DNA from: Gammaproteobacteria bacterium
GTDB taxonomy: Bacteria > Pseudomonadota > Gammaproteobacteria > Eutrophobiales > Eutrophobiaceae
Direction: 5' to 3'
Assembly (NCBI GenBank): GCA_965221695.1
Contig: OZ244905.1
Span: forward strand, 832,001-896,000
DNA: 64,000 nucleotides
Positions within the stretch are counted from its first letter, which is position 1. Every line of letters begins with the position of its first letter. Position numbers and translations under genes: made by a program. Below are positions 9,424 to 18,758 of the stretch, one piece after another. The notes below the pieces were generated by a model, which saw only the letters and a list, made by a program, of their open reading frames with translations, was not told the DNA's origin and ran no database searches.

Positions 9424-10124
9424 TAAAAAACCTGATCATTACCGGCGGCAGCAAGGGGATCGGTCTGGCAACGGCCGGGCTATTCCGGGAACATGGCTAT
9501 CGCATCATCAACCTTTCCCGCTCCCCCTGCCCGCTGGAAAATGCGCTGAACCTGACGGTTGATTTGAGCAAACCGGACTGGGACCGGGCAGGCGCCGCGG
9601 AACTGCATGCGATCCTTCCGGACAAACAGCATACCGTCTTGATCCACAATGCCGGCCTGTTGCGCAAGGACTCGGTGCGGGACCTGGATGCGGAAGCCCT
9701 GCGGGAAGTATTGCAGATAAATCTGGTCGCGCCGGTACAGTTGAACCGGCTGGCGCTGCCGTCGATGGAGCGGGGATCCGCCATCCTCTACGTAGGCTCA
9801 ACGCTTAGTGTAAAAGCCGTGGCAGATACCTGCTCCTACAGTACCACGAAACACGCGCTGGCAGGACTGATGCGCGCCACCTGCCAGGACCTGGCTGGTA
9901 GCGGAATCCATACCGCGTGCATCTGTCCGGGTTTTACTGAAACAGACATGTTGCGCGAGCACGCCGGCAACGATAACGCGATCCTGGACAGCCTGGCGCA
10001 AAACGTCACCATGGAGCGTTTGATTGACCCGATGGAGATTGCCGAAGCGCTGTATTTCTGCGCCCGGCATCCGGTGATGAACGGCGCCACCGTCCAAGCC
10101 AACCTGGGACAGGTCGAGCGTTAA
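9420..10124 (+). CDS. SDR family oxidoreductase
   Basis: TGGSKGIG, HNAG, YSTTK; ATGA overlap with the upstream gene. Confidence 0.9.
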   Translation: MIKNLIITGGSKGIGLATAGLFREHGYRIINLSRSPCPLENALNLTVDLSKPDWDRAGAAELHAILPDKQHTVLIHNAGLLRKDSVRDLDAEALREVLQINLVAPVQLNRLALPSMERGSAILYVGSTLSVKAVADTCSYSTTKHALAGLMRATCQDLAGSGIHTACICPGFTETDMLREHAGNDNAILDSLAQNVTMERLIDPMEIAEALYFCARHPVMNGATVQANLGQVER

Positions 10125-10151
10125 GCCCAACCTGGGATCGCGAGCTGAGCG

Positions 10152-10913
10152 CTACACCTCCGTATCGCTGTCAAGCGCCAGATAGCGCCTCAGGTAATGC
10201 ACCAGGATGTACAAAGGTATGGTGTCAATTAACGCGACCAGCATCTTGAACAGGTAATTGCTGGCCATCAGCGCCAGCATCTGCTCCAACGAGATGGCGC
10301 CGGACAGGAAAGTGGCTCCAAAAGTAATGCTGATCACCGTAAATGAATCCACTCCCTGACTGACCAGTGTGCTGCAGTTGTTGCGCAACCAGAGATGCCG
10401 ACCCTTGGTCAGGCGTTTCCAGAAGTGAAACAGGTAGACATCGCAGTACTGCGCCGCCACATAGGCCAACATGGATGCCAGCACTGAACCGGAGGTGCAG
10501 GCATAGATCAGTTGGAACAACTCGACGGAACCTGACACCAGTTCGCCACTGGGCAAGGTGACATCCTCTGCCAGCTCAAGCATCTGCCACGGCGGCATGG
10601 AAGCGGGTTGTACCGATGGCAGGTAATTGCCGATGGTGAGGACGAGGATGATAAAGATATTCATCAACAACCCCACCGTCACCAGGAAATTGGCGCGGCG
10701 TTTTCCATACAGCTCACTCACCAGGTCGGTGCACAGGAACGTAAGCGGATAAGGCAGCACCCCTACAGCCAGGGACAGCGGCCCCAGCTCCACGAAACGG
10801 GTGATGCCGACCACGTTGAGCAGGGTCATCGCGCACAGAAAAAAGCCGGCCAAGAGCATAAATACCTGCTCGCGCCGGATATCGATAATATTTGTCGTTG
10901 CAACTGCCAGCAT
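10152..10913 (-). CDS. yhhQ: Queuosine precursor transporter (YhhQ/Vut_1 family)
   Basis: GVLPYPLTFLCTDLVSELYG, LWLRNNCSTLVSQ, YLFKMLVALIDT; the supplied 475-aa ORF is over-extended into dinB antisense. Confidence 0.85.
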   Translation of the reverse strand: MLAVATTNIIDIRREQVFMLLAGFFLCAMTLLNVVGITRFVELGPLSLAVGVLPYPLTFLCTDLVSELYGKRRANFLVTVGLLMNIFIILVLTIGNYLPSVQPASMPPWQMLELAEDVTLPSGELVSGSVELFQLIYACTSGSVLASMLAYVAAQYCDVYLFHFWKRLTKGRHLWLRNNCSTLVSQGVDSFTVISITFGATFLSGAISLEQMLALMASNYLFKMLVALIDTIPLYILVHYLRRYLALDSDTEV

Positions 10914-11087
10914 GGGTAGCGTTACCTGGATGTCTTGATTTCGGGAATAGTTCAGAGTCAGAGCAAGGATACCCTGACCCTGAACATTTTGACACAACGC
11001 GTCAAAACAAGACACCCATAGAATTTTGCTGGGTCTTGCGGAATTACTTGACCAACATGTGCCAGTTCGCCTAGGATTGATCGTCCC

Positions 11088-12365
11088 ATGGCGGACAACA
11101 ACAGACACTGGCCGCGGTTCATCGCCTTTGTGGACATGAACGCGTTTTTTGCTTCCATCGAACAACTGGACAACCCCGAATACCGCGGCAAACCCATCGG
11201 TGTCACCAACGGCAAAACCGGGACCTGCCTCATCACCTGTTCGTATGAGGCCCGGGCGCTCGGCATTTACACCACCATGCGGCTGAAACAGGCCCGGAAA
11301 CTGTGTCCGGACTTCATCCAGGTGCCCGCCCGTCCGGAACGCTATGCGGAAGTCTCGACCGGCATCATGCACGCGCTGCTGGATATCTCTCCGGATGTGG
11401 AGGTATTTTCGGTCGACGAGGCGTTTCTCGATATCACCCGCTGCCAGGCCTACTGGAACAAATCTCCCGCGGCGCTGGGCAAAATGATCAAGGCGCTGGT
11501 TTGGGACGTGTCCGGCCTGCCCTGCTCGGTGGGGCTGAGCGGAGACAAAACCACGGCCAAGTTCGCAGGCAAGCAGCAAAAGCCGGACGGTCTGACTATC
11601 ATTGCTCCCTGGGAAGCCCGGGACCGGTTGAAGAACGTGCCGGTAATGGAGCTATGCGGTGTCAACAAGGGCATAGCCGGGTTTCTGGCCCGACGCGGCG
11701 CGTTGACCTGCGGCGATGTCGCAAAATTGCCGATCAGCGTGCTCGGCCAACGCTTCGGCAACCCGGGCCGGCGTATCTGGCAGATGTGCCGGGGAGAAGA
11801 CCCCATGCCGGTCGAGACAAAAATCGCCCCGCCCAAAAGCCTGGGACACGGGAAGATAATGCCACCCAATACGACCGACAGGGATGTTGTCTACATGTAC
11901 CTGATCCACATGGCCGAGAAACTGGGGTTCCGCCTGAGACAACATTCCCTGGCCGCCCGGAAGTTCTTCATCGGGCTGCGTACCAGGGACGGCTGGGTGG
12001 GCAGCAATAAACTGAAGACAGTGTTTCCGACCAACGACAGCCGGCCGATCATCGAACTATGCCACCGGGTCTTGCAAGAATACTGGCGCGGCGAAGGTGT
12101 TTTCCAGGTACAGGTGACCGCGCTGGACCCGCGCCCGGCAAAAGGCCAGACCGAGCTTTTCGGGGAAGAGGAAGACAGGTTCCACCGCCTGAACAAAGTT
12201 ATGGATGAGGTTAACAACCGCTACGGAGAATTCACCCTGACCCGAGCCACGCTGATGCAACGTTCCGACATGCCCAACGTGATCGCCCCGGCCTGGAAGC
12301 CCTACGGGCACAGGCAGACCATCGTGCCGACAACAGAGCGGCTGAAAGCGGAGGCTAAAACATGA
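11088..12365 (+). CDS. dinB: DNA polymerase IV (Y family)
   Basis: VDMNAFFASIE, CSYEAR, SVDEAFLD, KPDGL. Confidence 0.92.
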   Translation: MADNNRHWPRFIAFVDMNAFFASIEQLDNPEYRGKPIGVTNGKTGTCLITCSYEARALGIYTTMRLKQARKLCPDFIQVPARPERYAEVSTGIMHALLDISPDVEVFSVDEAFLDITRCQAYWNKSPAALGKMIKALVWDVSGLPCSVGLSGDKTTAKFAGKQQKPDGLTIIAPWEARDRLKNVPVMELCGVNKGIAGFLARRGALTCGDVAKLPISVLGQRFGNPGRRIWQMCRGEDPMPVETKIAPPKSLGHGKIMPPNTTDRDVVYMYLIHMAEKLGFRLRQHSLAARKFFIGLRTRDGWVGSNKLKTVFPTNDSRPIIELCHRVLQEYWRGEGVFQVQVTALDPRPAKGQTELFGEEEDRFHRLNKVMDEVNNRYGEFTLTRATLMQRSDMPNVIAPAWKPYGHRQTIVPTTERLKAEAKT

Positions 12366-13345
12366 CCATGACCTTTATCAACGCCGCGGCCGTGCGCGAA
12401 TTGCTGCCCATGAACGAATGCATAGACATCATGGAACCCGCGATGGTCGCCGCGACCAACGGAACAATATCCATGCCTCCCCGGTTGGTCGCGCCGCTTA
12501 TTGATGAAAGCGGGTTGTTTTTGCTGATGCCCGGTTCCAGCGCCGAACTGGCCATGTTCGGCGCTAAGCTGCTCAGCCTGATCCCGGATAATCCCGCCCG
12601 GGGACTCCCTGCCATCCAGGGCTTCATCGCGTTGTTTGACCATACCACCGGCACGCCTGTTGCCATCATCGACGGCGCTGAGGTAACCGCTATCCGCACT
12701 GCCGCGGCATCCGGCCTGGCGACGCGCTGCTTAGCGCGCGCCGATGCGCGCAGTTGCGGCATCTTCGGCAACGGCACGCAGGCGCAGACCCATGTTGATG
12801 CGATGCGCGCAGTACGCCCGGTGGATGAGATCATCGTTTGGGGGCGCAACCCGGACAACGCGCAAGCCTTCGCCGGTGAACAGGCGCAGCGTACCGGCAT
12901 CAATGTTCGGGCAACAACGGACCCGGCAGAGGCCGGCGCCTGCGACCTGGTATGCGCTACCACCACTTCACCTGAGCCTATCCTCGCGGGTGAGTGGGTG
13001 AAGCCCGGCGCGCATGTCAACCTGGTTGGCGCCCACAGCCTGACCACGCGCGAAGGCAACACCGACCTGATCGTCAAGTCCTCGGTCTATGTGGATCTGA
13101 TGGAATCCATGCGCAACGAGGGGGGCGATATCATGATACCTATACAGGAAGGCGCTATCGATGCAGCGCATATTGTCGGGGAGTTGGGCGAGTTGCTGCA
13201 AGACAAAATTCCCGGCAGGCAGGATGATCGGCAGATCACACTCTACCAGTCCCATGGCATCAACGCCCAGGATATGTTCGCGGCCAAACATATTTATACT
13301 AAAGCGCAAAGTGCAAATGCTGGGCTGACCGTGGATTTTTGCTAA
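12362..13345 (+). CDS. Ornithine cyclodeaminase/mu-crystallin family protein
   Basis: TAIRTAAASG, GNGTQA, GAHVNLVG, YQSHG..QD. Confidence 0.9.
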   Translation: MTMTFINAAAVRELLPMNECIDIMEPAMVAATNGTISMPPRLVAPLIDESGLFLLMPGSSAELAMFGAKLLSLIPDNPARGLPAIQGFIALFDHTTGTPVAIIDGAEVTAIRTAAASGLATRCLARADARSCGIFGNGTQAQTHVDAMRAVRPVDEIIVWGRNPDNAQAFAGEQAQRTGINVRATTDPAEAGACDLVCATTTSPEPILAGEWVKPGAHVNLVGAHSLTTREGNTDLIVKSSVYVDLMESMRNEGGDIMIPIQEGAIDAAHIVGELGELLQDKIPGRQDDRQITLYQSHGINAQDMFAAKHIYTKAQSANAGLTVDFC

Positions 13346-13346
13346 C

Positions 13347-13495
13347 GGGTCGCCCTACGGGCGACACAGTATTAGACTGGACTCCCGCTTCCGCGGGAGT
13401 GGGACGGTAGCGGTGTTCGCGCAAGCGCCCCCACCCCATTCCCGCGAAAGCGGGAATCCAGTGGGACAACAGGTCGCCCACAGGGCGACACAATA
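13347..13495. repeat. REP/dRS3-like palindrome cluster
   Basis: gtcgccc..gggcgac, actcccgc..gcgggagt, attcccgcgaaagcgggaat. Confidence 0.85.
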
Positions 13496-13608
13496 TATGA
13501 GGCTGATCTGAGAGTGAACAAACAGCAGCGAACAGTGAACAAAATAGTTTGCAAATTTAATAAGATAAATTAGAATAGTCCGTTTAATGCCTCGCCAATA
13601 CAGGAACC

Positions 13609-15687
13609 ATGTCTGAACACACTACGGCTACAATAACAGATACGCTGTTTGGCGAATTGCTGTCAGACCGGCTCCTGCAAGAGGAAGAGAAAAATGTTCC
13701 TGTCCCGCGCACCGATCCGGTAACCGAAACACTGGCGCTTTCCGGCACGGCCCTGCTGGAACGGCAGCGCCAAGCGGGTTACTGGCGTTTTGATCTTGAA
13801 GCGGATACCACGATCCCCTCTGAATATATCCTGTTGCAGCGCTTGCTCGGCAGGGTTGACCGCGCGCGTGAACAGCGTCTGGCAGATTATATCCTCAGCC
13901 GGCAATTACCGGACGGAAGCTGGCCCCTGTATGAGGGCGGTCCCGGTAATATCAGCGCCACCGTAAAAGCCTATTTTGCTTTGAAAACAGCGGGCAGGGA
14001 CCCCGCCGGAGAAGCGATGCAGCGTGCCTGCGCCTGGGTACGCGGCAACGGCGGCGCGGAGCAGGTCAATGTGTTTACCCGTATTCTGTTGGCAACCTTC
14101 GGCCAGGCGCCCTGGAGAACCGTGCCCGCAATGCTGGCGGAGGTAATCTGGTTGCCGCGCTGGTGGTTTTTCAGCCTGGATAAGGTGTCCTACTGGTCGC
14201 GCTGCGTTATCATTCCGCTGTTGCTGATCTTTGCCTTCAAGCCGGTTCACCGGGGCACAGACATCAGGGAGTTGTTTAACAGTGATCCTGAGTCCCTGAA
14301 ACACATCGACAAATTCATCCCCGGCGCACGCGTGAAAAACGCATTCATCCTGCTGGACCGCCTGCTCAAATTACTGGAACCGATGGTCCCCGGATTTATC
14401 AGGCGGCTGTCGATGCGCAAGCTGGAAACCTGGATGCGCGAACACATGCGCGGCGAGGGCGGTATCGGCGCAATCTTTCCGGCGATGGCAAATGCCGTAT
14501 ACGCGCTCAAACTGCTGGGCTGCGATGCAAGTGACCCGGACCTGGCGCGCGGCCTGCAGGCAATTGAGGACCTGGTAACCGAAGAAGCGGCGGAAACCTA
14601 CGTGCAACCCTGTGTTTCGCCGATCTGGGATACCTGCTTGAGCTTATCTGCGCTGTCTGAAGCCGGCCTGCGGGCGGACAACAAAGCTATCAAACCGGCT
14701 ACCGACTGGTTGTTCGACAAGCAGGTGTTTACCCGGGGCGACTGGATCAGCAAGGCGCCGGACCTGGAAGGCGGCGGCTGGGCGTTCCAGTTCGAGAATG
14801 ACTTCTATCCCGATGTTGATGATACCAGCATGGTGGTGATGGCCCTGTTGCGGGTTGGCGCCCATTACCATCCGGACAAGAAAAGACGCATCGCCCAGGC
14901 TGTCAACTGGACTATCGGCATGCAGAATACCGATGGCGGCTGGGGCGCCTTCGATATCGACAACCATTATGAATACCTGAACAATATTCCGTTCGCCGAT
15001 CACGGCGCGCTGGTCGACCCCAGCACCGCCGATCTGACCGGGCGTTGTATTGAAATGCTGGCCATGCTCGGCTATGACAAGACCTTTCCTCCCATCGCCC
15101 GGGCCATTGAGTTTCTGCAACAGGACCAGGAACCCTGCGGCGCCTGGTTCGGCCGCTGGGGCGTAAATTATATCTACGGGACCTGGGCCGTGCTGGTCGG
15201 CTTGGGCGCGCTGGGCGAGGACCCGAACCAACCCTGGCTGCGCAAAGCCGTGAAATGGTTGAAGGATATCCAGAACAGTGACGGCGGCTGGGGCGAGAGT
15301 TGCGACACGTACAACGACCCGACACTGGCCGGGTCGGGAGAAAGTACCGCATCGCAAACCGCTTGGGCGCTGCTGGGCCTGATGGCAATGGGCGAGACAG
15401 AATCAGAAGCAGTGGAAAAAGGCATCAGTTATCTGGTGCGCAATTTCGACAGGGCAAAAGGCTGGAAAGAAGCATCTTTCACCGGCACCGGGTTCCCGCG
15501 GGTGTTCTACCTGCGCTACCACGGCTACAGCCACTATTTCCCGGTCTGGGCGCTGGGCGTGTATGCGCGCTACCGGCAGGGACTGGAAACCCGCCAGGAT
15601 ATGCTGATACGGGAAGGACAGGTTGACCTGGGCGTATTGCCCGTACTCAGCAGCAAACACTACCAGTCGAGATTCGCCGCCAGATAG
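13609..15687 (+). CDS. shc: Squalene-hopene cyclase
   Basis: YPDVDDT (DXDD), several QW repeats (QLPDGSW, QNTDGGW, QNSDGGW), FTGTGFPRVFYLRY. Confidence 0.95.
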   Translation: MSEHTTATITDTLFGELLSDRLLQEEEKNVPVPRTDPVTETLALSGTALLERQRQAGYWRFDLEADTTIPSEYILLQRLLGRVDRAREQRLADYILSRQLPDGSWPLYEGGPGNISATVKAYFALKTAGRDPAGEAMQRACAWVRGNGGAEQVNVFTRILLATFGQAPWRTVPAMLAEVIWLPRWWFFSLDKVSYWSRCVIIPLLLIFAFKPVHRGTDIRELFNSDPESLKHIDKFIPGARVKNAFILLDRLLKLLEPMVPGFIRRLSMRKLETWMREHMRGEGGIGAIFPAMANAVYALKLLGCDASDPDLARGLQAIEDLVTEEAAETYVQPCVSPIWDTCLSLSALSEAGLRADNKAIKPATDWLFDKQVFTRGDWISKAPDLEGGGWAFQFENDFYPDVDDTSMVVMALLRVGAHYHPDKKRRIAQAVNWTIGMQNTDGGWGAFDIDNHYEYLNNIPFADHGALVDPSTADLTGRCIEMLAMLGYDKTFPPIARAIEFLQQDQEPCGAWFGRWGVNYIYGTWAVLVGLGALGEDPNQPWLRKAVKWLKDIQNSDGGWGESCDTYNDPTLAGSGESTASQTAWALLGLMAMGETESEAVEKGISYLVRNFDRAKGWKEASFTGTGFPRVFYLRYHGYSHYFPVWALGVYARYRQGLETRQDMLIREGQVDLGVLPVLSSKHYQSRFAAR

Positions 15688-15696
15688 CCTTTCAGC

Positions 15697-16605
15697 ATGT
15701 TGCAAGAAGTTGCGAACGGCACAATCAGAGAAATAGACGGGCAGGAACGCGTCTATTACGAAGGTTACTGGATTCGCCACTACAATGTGCCGAACAATCT
15801 TACCTATAAAAAAAATCTTATCGACCAGTTGACCCGGCGCGTATTTCACCATGTTGAACCCGGCATAAATGCCCCCGGCGACAAACTCGATGAGGTCCGG
15901 CGCAAATACAAAGCGGAACAAAATGCATCAAAAAAACGCGTGCTGGCCGCAATGCTGGCCGGCGCCCTGCTGAACCGCGGGTCAGATATTCTGACTCACA
16001 TCGTCGAGCTGGAACAGATCGGCGTCACGATTAATCCCGAAAACGAGTTGCTGAAAGAATGCGGGCTGTGTTTTTTGGGCGCACTGGAGTATGGCAAATA
16101 CATCCGGGTGAAACACGGCAGGGAAGGACTGGAAGAACTCTGGGGAGAGCCCTTCCGGGCTTTCACCACGCCGGTTGAGCGATTCCTGGAGAGTCGTTAC
16201 ATCAAGATCGCGCACACCATGCGGGAAATCGATGAGATTGCCGACAAGATGAACGAGGTCTTTGCCAAAGCGCCCATGTTCAGCAGCCTGACAACGCTGA
16301 TCTCGGAGCTGGCCGAGAGTGGAAAAAACACGATGGAAACCATGCGCAGCGATCCGGCCATCATAGAAATATGGCCGTGCTTTGTCAGCGCTTGCGAAAA
16401 GGTTGCCGATTGCAAACCTGTGCTGGCTGAAGACGCGACCCGGCGCGAACATGCCCTGGGAAAACGCGGCATCGATATTTTCCACCGTTGCGGCACACTG
16501 ATCGACGACTTGACCAATTACCGCATCCCGATGCCGAAAACCACCCAGACCCTACTCCGCGACTGCGACCAGTTCAGGGAAAAATATGCGGCCCGCCTGT
16601 ACTGA
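15697..16605 (+). CDS. Conserved protein coupled to shc; probable tetrahymanol synthase (Ths)
   Basis: 9 bp after the shc stop; RVYYEGYWI, AMLAGALLNR, ELWGEPFRAF and ESRYIKI resemble Ths-family proteins as I recall them (not searched). Confidence 0.55.
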   Translation: MLQEVANGTIREIDGQERVYYEGYWIRHYNVPNNLTYKKNLIDQLTRRVFHHVEPGINAPGDKLDEVRRKYKAEQNASKKRVLAAMLAGALLNRGSDILTHIVELEQIGVTINPENELLKECGLCFLGALEYGKYIRVKHGREGLEELWGEPFRAFTTPVERFLESRYIKIAHTMREIDEIADKMNEVFAKAPMFSSLTTLISELAESGKNTMETMRSDPAIIEIWPCFVSACEKVADCKPVLAEDATRREHALGKRGIDIFHRCGTLIDDLTNYRIPMPKTTQTLLRDCDQFREKYAARLY

Positions 16606-16615
16606 GGGCATTTCC

Positions 16616-16795
16616 CCGTACCACTCCCGCCCCTGCTCAACGACATACAGGGGCAGGCTGGGAAGCGGGAGTCCAGTCATATACTGTGTCACCCATCCAC
16701 CATACCACTCCCGCGAAAGCGGGAGTCCAGTCATATACTGTGTCACCCGAAGGGTGACTCTTTGTCCCACTGGATTCCCGTTTGCCCAGGTATGA
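16616..16795. repeat. REP/dRS3-like palindrome cluster (two units, one with nested insert)
   Basis: gcgggagtccagtcatatactgtgtcaccc occurs twice; actcccgc..gcgggagt palindromes. Confidence 0.85.
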
Positions 16796-16809
16796 TGCAG
16801 GAGGACGCG

Positions 16810-18579
16810 ATGAGCAGCTATAACGCCCCCACCCGCGACATGCGTTTTGTATTGAACGAACTGGCAGGGCTGTCCGCCGTCAATCAACTACCGGGGCTGG
16901 AAGATGCCACGGAAGACACCGTAAATGCCGTCCTGGAAGAGGCGGCTAAGTTCGCCGCCACAGCGCTGGCGCCGCTCAATCGCGCCGGGGACATCGCCGG
17001 CGCCGGATTTGAAGACGGCAAGGCCATCCCCCCCGATGGATTCAAGGACGCCTACCAGGCATTTGTCGAAGGCGGCTGGGCATCGCTACCGTTTGAGCCT
17101 GAATTTGGCGGTCAAGGGCTGCCGGAGTTGGTAGCCGCCGCAACTAATGAAATCTGGCAGTCGGCCAATATGGGCTTCGCCCTGTGCCCGATGCTGACGG
17201 AAGGCTGTGCCGTCGCACTGGGCATACACGGCTCCCACGACATGAAGGCAATCTTCCTGCCGAAGCTGGTATCCGGCGAGTGGGCAGGCACGATGAACCT
17301 GACCGAACCCCAGGCCGGCTCGGACCTGGCCGAGATAAGGACCAGGGCTGTGCCTAACGGCGATACATACCTCATTTCAGGGCGGAAAATCTTCATCACC
17401 TGGGGTGACCATGACTTCACGGACAATATCCTGCACCTGGTCCTGGCGCGCCTGCCCGATGCGCCGCCGGGAATCAAGGGCCTCAGCCTGTTCCTGGTTC
17501 CGAAGTACATGGTCAACGCGGACGGCTCGACCGGTCGGCGCAACGATGTCCAGCCGGTTTCCATCGAACACAAGCTGGGTATTCACAGCAGCCCGACCTG
17601 CGTGATGAGCTACGGCGACAACGGCGGCGCGCACGGTTACCTGGTGGGCGCGGAGCATGACGGGATAGCCTGCATGTTTACCATGATGAACCATGCTCGC
17701 CTGTCGGTCGGCATCCAGGGTCTGAGTATCAGCGAACGCGCCTACCAGCAAGCGCTGGGCTATGCGAAAGAGCGCGAACAAGGCAGAAAACCAGGTCAGT
17801 CCGGCCGCGCCCGGATCATCCAGCACGCGGATGTGCGCCGGATGCTGATGTTGATGAAATCCGGCTGTGAAGCGATGCGGGCGCTCGCCTGTGTCGCCGC
17901 CGCATCGCTTGATCACATGAACCGGTCTTCAGAACAAGCCAAACACAGTGCAAGATTCGCCCTGCTGACCCCGGTGGTTAAAGCCTGGTGTACCGAACTG
18001 GCCCAGGAAATCACCTCCCTGGGGGTACAGGTGCACGGTGGCATGGGCTATATTGAGGAAACCGGCGCCGCGCAGCACTTCCGGGATGCCCGCATCACCA
18101 GCATCTATGAAGGCACCAATGGCATCCAGGCCCAGGACCTGGTCGGCCGCAAGGTTATCCGGGACAACGGCAAGGCCATCCGGGAACTCATCGGCGAGAT
18201 CCGGCAAACCGTGGCGGAACTATCCGTTGCCGATGCCAACCAGGCCGTAATCCGGCGCGCCCTGGAGGCTGCGACAGAAAACCTGGCACAGGCAACGGAC
18301 TGGTTATTGGACAACTGTCACGATGACCCGGATGTGCCGGGTTCCGTTGCCGTCAATTTCCTCATGCTCATGGGCTATGTCTGCGGCGGCTGGCTGATGG
18401 CCCGGGCGGCTATGATTGCGGCGCAAAAAACCGCCTCCTCAACTGATGATTTTTATCACAGCAAGACAGTCACGGCGCGCTTCTACGCCGAACATTACCT
18501 GCCCAGGACCGCCGGTTATTTCTTGGCCATCCAGGCCGGCAGCAGTTCGATCATGGCCCTGGATGAAGGGCAGTTTTGA
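16810..18579 (+). CDS. Acyl-CoA dehydrogenase (DmdC/FadE-like)
   Basis: GTMNLTEPQAGSDL, KIFITWGDHD, IEHKLGIH, QVHGGMGYIEE, IYEGTNGIQA; start at ATG 16810 after GGAGG. Confidence 0.92.
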   Translation: MSSYNAPTRDMRFVLNELAGLSAVNQLPGLEDATEDTVNAVLEEAAKFAATALAPLNRAGDIAGAGFEDGKAIPPDGFKDAYQAFVEGGWASLPFEPEFGGQGLPELVAAATNEIWQSANMGFALCPMLTEGCAVALGIHGSHDMKAIFLPKLVSGEWAGTMNLTEPQAGSDLAEIRTRAVPNGDTYLISGRKIFITWGDHDFTDNILHLVLARLPDAPPGIKGLSLFLVPKYMVNADGSTGRRNDVQPVSIEHKLGIHSSPTCVMSYGDNGGAHGYLVGAEHDGIACMFTMMNHARLSVGIQGLSISERAYQQALGYAKEREQGRKPGQSGRARIIQHADVRRMLMLMKSGCEAMRALACVAAASLDHMNRSSEQAKHSARFALLTPVVKAWCTELAQEITSLGVQVHGGMGYIEETGAAQHFRDARITSIYEGTNGIQAQDLVGRKVIRDNGKAIRELIGEIRQTVAELSVADANQAVIRRALEAATENLAQATDWLLDNCHDDPDVPGSVAVNFLMLMGYVCGGWLMARAAMIAAQKTASSTDDFYHSKTVTARFYAEHYLPRTAGYFLAIQAGSSSIMALDEGQF

Positions 18580-18600
18580 TCATATGAGAGTTTAGAACAC

Positions 18601-18758
18601 TAAGGAAACTCTGATTTAGTCAGAGTTTCCTGCGATACAGGGATGTATCGCCAAATTCAATGACGATAAGTCATTGAATTTGAGAGCAAAACAAAAATCG
18701 CATTTTTGTTTTGCGTGCTCTGACAAGTCCAGGATGGACTTGTTCAGAGCTTCCCTAA
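18601..18758. mobile_element. MITE-like element with TAAGGAA(A/G)CTCTGA...TCAGAGCTTCCCTAA ends and five internal hairpins
   Basis: Terminal inverted repeats plus consecutive near-perfect hairpins; no transposase. Confidence 0.7.

Noticed and set aside
10914-11087. preQ1 riboswitch upstream of yhhQ
   Set aside because: No preQ1-I stem with A-rich tail is recognisable
10914-11579. N-terminal extension of the 475-aa transporter ORF
   Set aside because: Mostly antisense to dinB; the transporter domain begins near 10913
13347-16795. CRISPR-like interpretation of the palindromic repeats
   Set aside because: No constant repeat-spacer period, no cas genes, copies dispersed
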